A stretch of DNA of 64,000 nt from a virus (IMGVR_UViG_3300033072_000303:1-64000), one strand, 5' to 3'. Shown: positions 1 to 8,849, counted from the stretch's first letter. Made by a program: numbers and translations. Notes: generated by a model from the sequence alone, not told the origin.

Positions 1-143
1 ATCCGTTTAGATGGGGTAGTGTTATTACAGTTAAGAATACTTCTAAAGATACTCGTCCAGTTTTGTCAAAAGGTTGGATTGAAAAAGTAATATACGATTC
101 AACTAAAGGTGCAGTGTCTTTAAAAAGTATGTTAGGCGAGTAA
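1..143 (+). CDS. 3' end of an upstream gene (partial, hypothetical protein)
   Basis: Frame 3 is open from the window edge to the TAA at 141-143. The other two forward frames hit stops within 90 nt. No start codon lies inside the window. Confidence 0.3.
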   Translation, partial: PFRWGSVITVKNTSKDTRPVLSKGWIEKVIYDSTKGAVSLKSMLGE

Positions 144-183
144 TGCTCAGAGATATTGTAAAAATAGCAGTAAGGTAAAAATA

Positions 184-1023
184 ATGATAATACTAAATAA
201 TGAAATAGTACCAGTAGCAAAGTTTCCTGCTGGGGAGATTAGGATTAATGTTAAGGCTCTTGATATTAATGAAATAGAACTAAAGTTTGAGGGTTCCGAT
301 GATATTATCGCGTTACAAATGATTTGTGACGCAATTAAACAACAAGGTAAAGAACCCAATGTATTAATTATGAGATATGTGCCTTATGGTCGTCAAGACA
401 GAGTTTGTAACACAGGTGAGTCGTTTAGCTTAGAAGTTTTTGCTAAGACTATTAATGAATTAAAGTTTGGTTCAGTAATTATACAAGACCCACACAGCTG
501 GCAACAAGTTACTATGATAGACAACTCAGTAGTAGTCCCACAAAGTGACACGTGGTTAGATGCTGTCAAAACGTTTAGTAAAACATATAAAGACAAAAAT
601 ACTGAGTTTACTTTAGTATCTCCTGATGCAGGAGCTAAAAAGAAAATTGAGACTTTATCATGCTTATCTGATATTTCATCGATTTACTGTGATAAAGTAA
701 GAGACCCTAAGACAGGTAGACTATCAGATTTTACTGTACAAGGTGACCAAAAGCTAAACGGCGTTTATTGTATTGTTGATGATATATGTGATGGTGGCGG
801 TACATTTATAGGGTTAGCTAAAGAGTTAAAAAGATTGGGTGCTAGTAAAGTACTGTTATGTTGTACTCACGGTATCTTTAGTAAAGGTATTGATTGTATC
901 TTAGAAGAAGTTGATGAAATTTACACTACAGATTCATTAATGTACTATACAAGATTTAGTAATGATGAAAAATTTAAAGTTATTTATAGTGGATATTTTG
1001 AGGAGACTTATAATGGAAATTAA
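184..1023 (+). CDS. Ribose-phosphate pyrophosphokinase family protein (PRPP-synthetase-like; could be the ADP-ribose pyrophosphokinase 'Adps' type)
   Basis: Prs hallmarks are present: YGRQDR and the PRPP-binding loop IVDDICDGGGT. It is 279 aa, the length of a Prs catalytic domain. It lies directly upstream of the NAMPT homologue. Confidence 0.7.
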   Translation: MIILNNEIVPVAKFPAGEIRINVKALDINEIELKFEGSDDIIALQMICDAIKQQGKEPNVLIMRYVPYGRQDRVCNTGESFSLEVFAKTINELKFGSVIIQDPHSWQQVTMIDNSVVVPQSDTWLDAVKTFSKTYKDKNTEFTLVSPDAGAKKKIETLSCLSDISSIYCDKVRDPKTGRLSDFTVQGDQKLNGVYCIVDDICDGGGTFIGLAKELKRLGASKVLLCCTHGIFSKGIDCILEEVDEIYTTDSLMYYTRFSNDEKFKVIYSGYFEETYNGN

Positions 1024-1330
1024 AAGCCAAACAGTAGAGTATAAAGGTACTACAAAGTTTAAGTACACTATTACTAGTGACAACGAGGTTAGGATTAAAA
1101 TCCCTGATAGGTTTATTGGAACGGTATTTGAGCAAGGCTGGATTAGTATGTGTAATGAAATGACCCAAGTATTGCTAACAGTGCCTAGAACTGCCACGTT
1201 AAGAGGCAGAACTGGGCAAAAGGTTAGTAAAATAGCGCCAAAAGTACACTTACGTATTGGACAAAAACACGTAGGCAACTATGATATTTTTAATAAGACA
1301 TACACAGAAGTTAAAAAGGAAGTAGAATGA
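1013..1330 (+). CDS. Hypothetical small protein
   Basis: An internal ATG at 1013 follows AGGAG at 1001-1005. The ORF fills the gap between the Prs-like gene and nadV and ends in a TGATG-type overlap with the nadV start. The track ORF 962..1330 gives the longer alternative. Confidence 0.35.
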   Translation: MEIKSQTVEYKGTTKFKYTITSDNEVRIKIPDRFIGTVFEQGWISMCNEMTQVLLTVPRTATLRGRTGQKVSKIAPKVHLRIGQKHVGNYDIFNKTYTEVKKEVE

Positions 1331-3009
1331 GAATTATGAGAAAAAATCCGATACTTTGTATCGACAGTTATAAGCTTGGACACATCACAATGGTTCCAGA
1401 AGGTGTTGAAACAAGCTACTTAAACTTTACTCCAAGAAGTCTTAAGCATCTAGATAAGATAATCCCAAAAGAGGTTCAAGATGATACTCTAGTTGCGTAT
1501 GGTGCTAGATTAGCAATAAAAGAGATTCACGAGAACTTTAAGCAAGATTTCTTTGCTTTAGATATTGATGAGATTATGGAGGAGTTTTTAATAGAAATTA
1601 AACCTTTTGTTGGAGATAACTCTACGGAAGTAATTGAAAGAAGTATTAGAAATTTACACGCTTTAGGTTACTTACCATTAGAGATAAAATGGATTGCTGA
1701 GGGAACTATAGTACCAGCTAACACTCCGATTATGACCATCAAAAACACTCATTCATCATTCGCTTGGCTTCCAGGGTACCTTGAAACTTACATTTCAGCT
1801 GAGTTCTGGAAAAGAGCAACAAGTGCAACTATAGCAAGAGCGTATAGAAAAATATTAATTAAGTATGCTAAAGAAACTTGCGATAACACTTTACACGTAG
1901 ACTATCAGGGTCACGACTTTAGTGCTAGAGGGTTGTCTGGTGCAGAAGATTTTATTAAAAATGGTACAGCACATTTATTATCATTTAAAGGTACTGATAT
2001 AATTCACTCTGCTACACTTATAAAGCACTTATATAACGTAGAAAACATTGACGTTATAGGCTGCTCAGTTCCAGCTACAGAGCATTCTGTGATGTGTCTT
2101 GGAAGTACAGCTGAAACTGAAGTTGAAACATTCAGAAGACTTATTAAGCTATATCCTAGAGGTATCGTTAGCATTGTATCTGATACTTGGGATTTCTGGG
2201 ATACAATTACAGTTAAAGCACTAGAGTTAAAAGAAGATATCTTAGCTCGTCAAGAGGACTCTTTAGGGTTATCTAAACTAGTATTCAGACCTGATACTGG
2301 AAATCCAGTTGATGTTATTTGTGGATTAAATATTATTAAAACATTAGATGTACAGGTACTAGGTTGGGATAAACTAACGTTGAATGAAGTTCCCGTACAA
2401 AACACAGTGTATTTTGATGGTAACAAGTACAGATGGATTTATGCTAGATGTGACGAAACTACAGGATTATGCGTAGAGATTGATATTGACCAGGCTGAAT
2501 ATCCTGTACCTGAAGCAGAAGCTAAAGGTGCTATTGAATGCTTATGGGACATCTTTGGTGGTAGTGTAAACGATAAAGGTTTCAGAGTTCTTAATCCTAA
2601 AGTTGGTCTAATCTACGGGGATAGTATTACATCTCAAAGAGCAATAGATATTTGTGAAAGGCTTAAAGCTAAAGGATTCGCTTCAAGTAACATAGTATTT
2701 GGTATTGGGTCTTATACTTACAATTATACTACAAGAGATACATTAGGTTCTGCTATTAAAGCAACATACGCTGAGATTAGCGGTAAAGGGTTTGATATAT
2801 TTAAAGCCCCTAAAACAGACTCTGGTAAAAACTCAGCTAAAGGTCTATTATCAGTAGTATTAGAAAACAATAAAATTGTAACATTACAGCAATGCACAAA
2901 AGAACAAGAAGAAAAAGGGTTATTAGTTGTTGGTTATAACTCTGGGGTATTTTCAGAAGAGAAGCCATACTTCAATGAAATTAGAGCAAGAGCTCAAATA
3001 AATTTATAA
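1327..3009 (+). CDS. nadV: Nicotinamide phosphoribosyltransferase (NAMPT/NadV family; possibly the Namat variant)
   Basis: The N-terminus NPILCIDSYKLGH matches the canonical NAMPT start (DSYK..H). It is 560 aa and globular. A good RBS (AAGGAAG) sits 6 nt upstream. Confidence 0.8.
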   Translation: MRIMRKNPILCIDSYKLGHITMVPEGVETSYLNFTPRSLKHLDKIIPKEVQDDTLVAYGARLAIKEIHENFKQDFFALDIDEIMEEFLIEIKPFVGDNSTEVIERSIRNLHALGYLPLEIKWIAEGTIVPANTPIMTIKNTHSSFAWLPGYLETYISAEFWKRATSATIARAYRKILIKYAKETCDNTLHVDYQGHDFSARGLSGAEDFIKNGTAHLLSFKGTDIIHSATLIKHLYNVENIDVIGCSVPATEHSVMCLGSTAETEVETFRRLIKLYPRGIVSIVSDTWDFWDTITVKALELKEDILARQEDSLGLSKLVFRPDTGNPVDVICGLNIIKTLDVQVLGWDKLTLNEVPVQNTVYFDGNKYRWIYARCDETTGLCVEIDIDQAEYPVPEAEAKGAIECLWDIFGGSVNDKGFRVLNPKVGLIYGDSITSQRAIDICERLKAKGFASSNIVFGIGSYTYNYTTRDTLGSAIKATYAEISGKGFDIFKAPKTDSGKNSAKGLLSVVLENNKIVTLQQCTKEQEEKGLLVVGYNSGVFSEEKPYFNEIRARAQINL

Positions 3010-3018
3010 GGAGTAAAA

Positions 3019-3264
3019 ATGCTTAATGTAGATTATAAGCACGATGTAGGAAGTGAGGTTTACTTCCTATCTGAAAATAAAGTTGTTACTGGTAAGGTTA
3101 AGGAAGTTACTATTAAGGTAACAAGAAATCATTATAATGTACAGGAAGTTCTGGTAGTTTGTGATGTACAGTATAGACGTGCAGAACGCGCTGATATTGT
3201 GAAAACAAGTATAAACCAAGACTTACTGTTTAGTACAAAAGACGAGTTATTAAAATCACTATAA
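3019..3264 (+). CDS. Hypothetical protein
   Basis: RBS AAGGAG upstream. 81-aa ORF packed against its neighbours. Confidence 0.5.
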   Translation: MLNVDYKHDVGSEVYFLSENKVVTGKVKEVTIKVTRNHYNVQEVLVVCDVQYRRAERADIVKTSINQDLLFSTKDELLKSL

Positions 3265-3273
3265 AGGAACAAA

Positions 3274-3624
3274 ATGTTTGGATTAAGAAGGCTTAAGATA
3301 TTTACAGTACCACATATGACTGTAAAAGATAAGTTAACTGAGGCTTTGGGGGTGTTTAACACAGCTAAAACTCAGTTACAAGAAGTGGTGTTCTCAGCTA
3401 ATACTGAGATTAAAGAGAAAGAGGAGTTAGTTGCTAAGGCTTTAGAAGAGTTTGAAAGGGTTAAAAAGGTACTAGACGCTAATATTGAAAAGAGTAAGCA
3501 AGAAACTGATGCTCTACAAGAGCTTAAAGTACAAGCTCAAAATATTATGAGTAATATTGATGCTTTAACAAATAATAAAATTCAAATTGTAAAGGATGAA
3601 GAAGATGATGGAAGAAATTGTTAA
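3274..3624 (+). CDS. Hypothetical coiled-coil protein
   Basis: 116 aa rich in E/K/L heptads. RBS AAGGAAC upstream. Confidence 0.5.
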   Translation: MFGLRRLKIFTVPHMTVKDKLTEALGVFNTAKTQLQEVVFSANTEIKEKEELVAKALEEFERVKKVLDANIEKSKQETDALQELKVQAQNIMSNIDALTNNKIQIVKDEEDDGRNC

Positions 3625-3793
3625 AAAGTTTACTAAAATTAAAGAGACTATTATGGCTCTTAATACTTCTGATTGGGAGGTATTAGGATTAGCTTCAATA
3701 AGTTGTATGTTAGTTAATTTTGGGTTTGGTGGCACTTTAGGGGGCATCGCCTCTGGTGTTGTTATTGGTTTATTACTTTTAAAGAAAATTTAA
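3596..3793 (+). CDS. Small membrane protein
   Basis: 65 aa with a C-terminal Gly-rich hydrophobic helix (GFGGTLGGIASGVVIGLLLL). It overlaps the upstream ORF. Confidence 0.4.
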   Translation: MKKMMEEIVKKFTKIKETIMALNTSDWEVLGLASISCMLVNFGFGGTLGGIASGVVIGLLLLKKI

Positions 3794-3803
3794 GGAGATT
3801 AGA

Positions 3804-4658
3804 ATGAAGACAAAATTATATGCAGTATTATTTGTAGGGTTTTTAGTTGCCATCACAGTATATGATGGGTTTTTTATTACACAAGAGGGTAATACTTCTG
3901 TTGTAAAGTCGTTTGGTAAAGCACAAAAAGAAGTTGAACCAGGTTTCCACTTCAAAGTTCCGTTCACAGATTCTGTTGTTAATCTAGATATTAGAGAAAG
4001 AAAATCTGGTGGTGCTATGCAAGTGTCTACTTCAGAACAAATGCCAGTAGATGCTATCATCACTGCTAACTGGAGTATTAAAAAAGGTTCTGGGCTTGGG
4101 TTATATAAAGACTATGGTTCATTAGAGCAATTTGAAGATAAAGTACTTGCACCTAAACTTTTAGAAGCTGCTAAGCAAGGTGCTGCGAAGTTTACTGCTG
4201 AAGAACAAATGAACAAAAGAGACTTAGTTACGAATACAATCAAAGAAGCATTTATACAAAAAGTTTCTTATTTACCTATTGATGTGTCTGCAGTACAAAT
4301 TGAAGAGTTAGTGTTTAACAAAGATTACTTAAATAGTATTGCTAATAAACAAACTCAAAAGAATAATGCTGATGCTGAAAGATTTGTATTAGAAAAACAT
4401 AACTTAACAGCTAGACAAAAAGAGAATACTGCACAAGCAGAGGCTAATGCTACTATAATGGTTGCTAAAGCTGAAGCTGAGAGTATTGAGTTAAAAGGGA
4501 GAGCTGAAGCTCAAGCTATTGAAGCTAAGGCTAAAGCTTTACAAGGTAACCCATTAATCATAGAATTAACAAAGGCTCAGAACTGGAATGGTAGCTATGT
4601 AACTACTAATATTGGTGCTGGTACTCAACCTATTGTTGATTTAAGAGAGAAAAAATAA
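3804..4658 (+). CDS. SPFH/band-7 (prohibitin/HflC-like) membrane protein
   Basis: An N-terminal TM helix is followed by a band-7 core (TQEGNTSVVKSFGK..EPGFHFKVPF..DIRE) and a C-terminal Ala/Glu coiled coil. There is a strong RBS (AAGGAGA). Confidence 0.6.
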   Translation: MKTKLYAVLFVGFLVAITVYDGFFITQEGNTSVVKSFGKAQKEVEPGFHFKVPFTDSVVNLDIRERKSGGAMQVSTSEQMPVDAIITANWSIKKGSGLGLYKDYGSLEQFEDKVLAPKLLEAAKQGAAKFTAEEQMNKRDLVTNTIKEAFIQKVSYLPIDVSAVQIEELVFNKDYLNSIANKQTQKNNADAERFVLEKHNLTARQKENTAQAEANATIMVAKAEAESIELKGRAEAQAIEAKAKALQGNPLIIELTKAQNWNGSYVTTNIGAGTQPIVDLREKK

Positions 4659-4667
4659 GGATTCATT

Positions 4668-4907
4668 ATGGGCATATTTGCTTTATATGTAGTTTCATCG
4701 TTATTAATGATGATGTTTATCCTCTACGTTGAAAATCTGTACAGATTCAACGTAGAGCCCGATGGTCACGAGCTAACAGAAACTAATAATAAAGGGGTAT
4801 TAATTATCCTTAGTTTTATTCCAATAATTCAATACTTAACAGTACTATTTTTCTTAGTTAAACTTGCTGTATATTATATGGAGTTTAGCGATGTTAAAAA
4901 GGGTTAA
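4668..4907 (+). CDS. Small membrane protein (2 TM)
   Basis: 79 aa with two hydrophobic helices. RBS AAGGAT upstream. Confidence 0.45.
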   Translation: MGIFALYVVSSLLMMMFILYVENLYRFNVEPDGHELTETNNKGVLIILSFIPIIQYLTVLFFLVKLAVYYMEFSDVKKG

Positions 4908-5076
4908 AGAAGTATTTAAAGAGTCAGTTAATAGCATAGAGTTACCATCTATATCTAGTATAGTTTGGGCAGTAACCCCTACTATAATAAAAACGATTCT
5001 TATAGCAGGCTTTGTGTCTGCTCTAGCATTACTTGGACTAATATTATACGTATTAGTTTCATCTTTGCTTAATTGA
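4891..5076 (+). CDS. Small membrane protein
   Basis: The track ORF 4864..5076 is trimmed to the internal ATG at 4891, which is preceded by GGAG. The product is a hydrophobic C-terminal helix. It ends at the terminator. Confidence 0.35.
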   Translation: MLKRVKEVFKESVNSIELPSISSIVWAVTPTIIKTILIAGFVSALALLGLILYVLVSSLLN

Positions 5077-5097
5077 GGGCTTTACGCCCTCTTTATG
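5075..5097 (+). terminator. Rho-independent terminator
   Basis: GAGGGC (5075-5080), loop TTTAC, GCCCTC (5086-5091), then TTTATGATT. Confidence 0.55.
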
Positions 5098-5143
5098 ATT
5101 GTTACGGAACACAAAGTGTTGGAGTTCGAATCTCTGGACAATC
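5097..5143 (+). ncRNA. tRNA-like acceptor/T-arm minihelix (no D or anticodon arm)
   Basis: GATTGTT (5097-5103) pairs 7/7 with GACAATC (5137-5143), including one U-G pair. The arm TGGAG-TTCGAAT-CTCTG (5120-5136) is a canonical T-arm with a TTCGAAT loop. Confidence 0.3.
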
Positions 5144-5169
5144 TATATCAAATATTATAAAGGATTATT

Positions 5170-6504
5170 ATGCAAAAAGGAAGTTTTGTTCAAGATACTG
5201 AAACAGGTAATAAATATGTTGTTGAAAGAGTTGGTTCTAGAAACCTCTCAGTGTATGGAAAAGACGGTACTGTTAGAACTGCCGACTGTACTGAAGAAAT
5301 CTTATGCAGAAGTTCAATTGGAAGTAATGTTTATTTCACGAAGTTATCTGCTGTAGTAAATGGTGCTACATCTGGTAGTAAAGTTAAGGTGAAGATTATA
5401 GAGTGTAAAGTGTTAAAAGAAGACTTTGAGTTTGTGGCTGAGTTCAATAATACATCAGATTTATATATATCTTTGGCTATGGCTGTGTCTAAAAAAATAG
5501 AAGAGGAGTTATCAGATAATGTAATTAGAGAAAAGGGTAAACAACCACTCGATATTAACCATAGAAGCGACATAGAGTTTTCTGTTATAGAAATTGACGA
5601 AACAGCTAGTGTAGATGAACAATATATGCAAATTGTTGGTGCTATTACAGGTATGACAAAAGAGATTAATGACTCTGCTGAACTTGCTGATACAAAAGAT
5701 TTAGAAGCATTATTTGAAAAAGCTAAAAGTGCTTTAGATGGTTACGGTAAGATTAAACAAAAAGAAACATCAGGCTGGTTTAATAAATTAACGAAAGCAA
5801 AAGACAAAAAAGAGGCTGAATTATCTTCTGTTAGTTCTCATATTGATTACTTATTTGGTATCATAAACGACAAGTTTGACAAGCTTGTGAAGACGGGTGA
5901 AAAGTTTCAAAAGCTTAAAGTTGAAATGACTTCTCAAGTTGACGCTTTAGGAAAAGTACTAGATAAGTCTAATGAAGAGATGGAAGAGTACACAAGAAAT
6001 GGTCAAATGGTTCCTATGAGATTGATATCAATTAACTCGCAAATTGCAGCATCATTTGAAGCGTACAAAGCTAAACTACTAAACATTGAAGCAGGTATCA
6101 CTATGACTACTGGAGCAGTAATTGCGTTAGGTGCTAAACTGCCTGCAATGAGAGCTGGTATAAATGATGAGATGGCATTTGCTAGTTTATTAGCTGATGT
6201 CGGAAATGTACACGGTATGATTACTGAGGCAGCCGACTTGATGTTAGGTATTGCAGATAATACTTCCACTAATATTTATAATAAAGTGGAAGAAATCTTG
6301 ACATCTCAGATAAATGATGATACAATGTTAAAGTACTTAGCATCAAGACAAGATAATACAGAGAAAATTGCTATTATGGTTTCTGGTAAAGCTCAAGAGT
6401 TGGCTGATAAGCTTTTATTAGAGTCTAATACTATTAAACAGATAGCATCAGAAAGTTCTGCGGAATCTAGTACTAGAAAGTTGAAGTTACTAAATGCGAA
6501 GTAG
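5170..6504 (+). CDS. Hypothetical protein (mostly alpha-helical, 444 aa)
   Basis: RBS AAAGGA upstream. Long ORF with coiled-coil-rich composition. No motif recognised. Confidence 0.55.
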   Translation: MQKGSFVQDTETGNKYVVERVGSRNLSVYGKDGTVRTADCTEEILCRSSIGSNVYFTKLSAVVNGATSGSKVKVKIIECKVLKEDFEFVAEFNNTSDLYISLAMAVSKKIEEELSDNVIREKGKQPLDINHRSDIEFSVIEIDETASVDEQYMQIVGAITGMTKEINDSAELADTKDLEALFEKAKSALDGYGKIKQKETSGWFNKLTKAKDKKEAELSSVSSHIDYLFGIINDKFDKLVKTGEKFQKLKVEMTSQVDALGKVLDKSNEEMEEYTRNGQMVPMRLISINSQIAASFEAYKAKLLNIEAGITMTTGAVIALGAKLPAMRAGINDEMAFASLLADVGNVHGMITEAADLMLGIADNTSTNIYNKVEEILTSQINDDTMLKYLASRQDNTEKIAIMVSGKAQELADKLLLESNTIKQIASESSAESSTRKLKLLNAK

Positions 6505-6898
6505 TAGACCAGGGCTTATGATTAAGTTCGGCGAGGGCTGCCCAGAGGCGGTTGTTGCTGGTATAATACAAAAGCTCCTAAGATTGAGAGTTCGTTTTAA
6601 TAAGGACAGTAATAACCATCATCATACGTTTGGTTACACTGGTGAAGAGAATACATTGTTTATAATAGACGATGCTAACTACCTTGGGTGGGCAACTGAT
6701 TATATCTCAGGGATTCACGAGTTTTACTATCAAAACTATGGTAATTACATAGTAGTTTCTGTGTTGGAGTTGATTGAAATACTAAGACTCAAAAATCTGC
6801 ATAAAGGTACTTTTTACCAAGTTTTATCAGGTTATTCTGGAAGAGAGGTGAAATTTGACAAAAATAGTAATGTTTATAGGTACACTACTCTACTCTAG
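6494..6898 (+). CDS. Hypothetical protein
   Basis: 134-aa ORF overlapping the upstream stop by 11 nt. Confidence 0.45.
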   Translation: MRSSRPGLMIKFGEGCPEAVVAGIIQKLLRLRVRFNKDSNNHHHTFGYTGEENTLFIIDDANYLGWATDYISGIHEFYYQNYGNYIVVSVLELIEILRLKNLHKGTFYQVLSGYSGREVKFDKNSNVYRYTTLL

Positions 6899-7361
6899 TA
6901 GTCTACTAGCTTGGAATTTTAACCAAGACGATTATAATAGGTTATCTGAAAAGCAGAAAGTTGTAATTAAAGATAGTTACGTGGTTGGTGAGTTGTACAA
7001 TCTAGGTTACACTTTAGCGGCTTTATCTATTGTTGAGACTAGAGCTGGTGAGTATAAAGATTCCAATAATAACAGAATTTGTGGTCCTCATCAAATTGAC
7101 GTTAAAGTTGCTTTAGAGCAAACTAACTCTAAAGGAGATTACAAAAAGTTATGTAAAAACGTACAAAATCATAGTATATTGTCTAGTCATTTAGCATTAC
7201 GAAATCTAATATATTGGAAAAAGCATTCTAAAGGTTATAGACAAATGGTTAATAGATACAATAGAGGTTGGAACAGAACTAGTCATGACCTAGAATTTTT
7301 AAGAAGATTTGAGGTTGTTTTAAAAGTACTTCAAAAAAATCAGATGAATGGTATTTTATAA
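6855..7361 (+). CDS. Secreted protein, possibly lysozyme-like (lytic transglycosylase/GH23-like)
   Basis: N-terminal signal-peptide-like segment (FIGTLLYSSSLLA). 'LSIVETRAGEY' resembles the GH23 catalytic E-S/T motif, and a YNRGW motif lies near the C-terminus. The assignment is weak. Confidence 0.35.
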   Translation: MTKIVMFIGTLLYSSSLLAWNFNQDDYNRLSEKQKVVIKDSYVVGELYNLGYTLAALSIVETRAGEYKDSNNNRICGPHQIDVKVALEQTNSKGDYKKLCKNVQNHSILSSHLALRNLIYWKKHSKGYRQMVNRYNRGWNRTSHDLEFLRRFEVVLKVLQKNQMNGIL

Positions 7362-7644
7362 TATGGCTGTATTCCTTGACCAAGATGCAATAGATAGACT
7401 TGAATACGAATTATCTATCGTATCAGCAAGAAACGATTTAGCTAAAAAAGCCCGTGATAAGCTAAAGATTATGTACTTGGACGTTACTAAACAGCACCTA
7501 GATGGACCTTTATTAACGCTTCTTGAAATTCGTAATGTTATTACAGTACTGTCAAGTGTAATACAATCAGATAACAGGTATTACCAGTCTTTTATGTTAT
7601 TAAAAAAGACATATATTAAACGTGGATGTGCTCCAGAATTATAA
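7348..7644 (+). CDS. Hypothetical protein
   Basis: 98-aa ORF with the usual AT-rich codon bias. Confidence 0.45.
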   Translation: MVFYNMAVFLDQDAIDRLEYELSIVSARNDLAKKARDKLKIMYLDVTKQHLDGPLLTLLEIRNVITVLSSVIQSDNRYYQSFMLLKKTYIKRGCAPEL

Positions 7645-7923
7645 TTTACTCAACTGACTATGACATATATGTTGAGTGTCATCGCGATAGTCATATATTC
7701 GGTGGATGACCGTGTAAGTGGAAATCTTATTAGGTATAGTACGAAGTTTACAAGCTGTGCCAAGAACAAGCTCACCCAGAGGGGTCGCAGTACCTTTCAA
7801 GCCTCTGTAACATATACAAATACCAAGTTGGGCAAAGGGTGTAAAGGTACATTCCTGCATAGCAAAGAAAAACCTAAGACGAGAGCCAGTAATGCGTCAG
7901 TAATGGGTATTTGTGATGAACAA

Positions 7924-7966
7924 GTAGGGTATTAAGGCTAAGCCTTTTGTTACCCTACGTTTTTAG
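7924..7966 (+). terminator. Compound hairpin followed by a T5 run (terminator-like)
   Basis: Outer stem GTAGGGTA (7924-7931) pairs with TACCCTAC (7951-7958). It encloses the inner hairpin AAGGCT-a-AGCCTT. It is followed by GTTTTTAG. Confidence 0.4.
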
Positions 7967-7972
7967 TCTAAA

Positions 7973-8071
7973 GGGCGCAAAGCATTGATGGTGATGCACT
8001 CCCCTCATAAGGGAGAATAAGGAGCGTGAGACACTTCTTCAACTAGGTTCAAGTCCGTAGTGTGCCCACCA
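7973..8071 (+). tRNA. Atypical tRNA-like gene with a CAT anticodon (Met/Ile2-type) and an encoded 3' CCA; over-long variable/T region
   Basis: Acceptor GGGCGCA (7973-7979) pairs with TGTGCCC (8061-8067), followed by A and CCA. D-stem GCAT/ATGC encloses an 8-nt loop containing GG. Anticodon stem CTCCC/GGGAG has the 7-nt loop CTCATAA (U33, CAT, A37). A GGTTCAAGTCC T-loop-like motif is present, but the T-stem pairs poorly and the 3' half carries about 23 extra nt. Confidence 0.4.
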
Positions 8072-8221
8072 ACAACGTTTATAAATATTGGTTATACGCC
8101 TATGCTCAGGCTGGTTACCTGAGATTGACTATAATGTGGCTGGACGTAGTCTGCTCGCCATTTTAATTTTATATAGATTATAAAGGTATTTTATGTAAAG
8201 TTCAATTAACAAAGGATTTAA

Positions 8222-8671
8222 ATGAGTGAACTATATGATTCAAAATTATTTAAAGTATACAAAGACTCTGATACTAGAATACTACACGTAGGTGATGTGA
8301 TTATTTACACAATGTCTACAAGCAACTCCATCACGGATAACAAACCTTACGTAGTACGTGAAGTTGGTGTAGAAAATAGAAGCATAGTACTACTTGATAA
8401 TACTAATAATGTCAGACGGTTGTATAAAGGTGCTGGATTTAAAGTAGTAGCGACTCAACCAATAGAGCAAGCAACCGCTGGAGACATATGTATAGCATTT
8501 AATAATAAAACGTATATAGCAGATGATACTACTTGGTTGGATTGGAATAAACAACCAAGATTAGCGGATAAAGTATTGGTGTTATCTACAAAATATGCTA
8601 AAGTTAGAAGATTTAAAAATAGTAAAATTACAACATTAAAGGAGACACCAAGTGGATATGATATCATTTAG
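8222..8671 (+). CDS. Hypothetical protein
   Basis: 149-aa ORF with RBS AAAGGA upstream. Confidence 0.5.
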   Translation: MSELYDSKLFKVYKDSDTRILHVGDVIIYTMSTSNSITDNKPYVVREVGVENRSIVLLDNTNNVRRLYKGAGFKVVATQPIEQATAGDICIAFNNKTYIADDTTWLDWNKQPRLADKVLVLSTKYAKVRRFKNSKITTLKETPSGYDII

Positions 8672-8849
8672 AGGAATGCTGACGAAAATGCTTTACAACA
8701 AGCCAAAAATAGTTGAAGAGAGGGTAAAAAATAAAATTGCAAGGGTCTTGGATATTACTAATCAAACTTCTCTTAGTCCTGAGTCTTGCGCTATTATTAT
8801 AATGATTACTGAAAACGAACTTGAAAGGGAACTTAATGCTACTAATTAA
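8652..8849 (+). CDS. Hypothetical small protein
   Basis: 65-aa ORF overlapping its neighbours. Confidence 0.3.
   Translation: MDMISFRGMLTKMLYNKPKIVEERVKNKIARVLDITNQTSLSPESCAIIIMITENELERELNATN

Noticed and set aside
5097-5143. tRNA 3'-fragment as a phage attP core
   Set aside because: No integrase or excisionase is present in the window. The 5' strand is fully complementary to the 3' strand, which an att core would not need. The genome looks virulent.
5099-5356. Track ORF of 85 aa overlapping the tRNA-like minihelix and the start of the gene at 5170
   Set aside because: It has no RBS. It crosses a terminator-proximal structured element. It is out of frame with, and largely inside, the well-supported 444-aa gene that starts at 5170 with a good RBS.
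7660-7935. 91-aa ORF inside the GC-richer structured region
   Set aside because: There is no Shine-Dalgarno. Its composition differs from the phage's coding regions. Its product is low-complexity and basic. The region reads better as structured RNA, although a real small gene ending in the terminator stem cannot be excluded.
7640-8220. tmRNA hypothesis for the structured region
   Set aside because: The tRNA-like unit has a full D-arm and an anticodon arm with CAT, which tmRNA lacks. No G3-U70 pair was found. No tag reading frame ending in ..AA-stop could be found.
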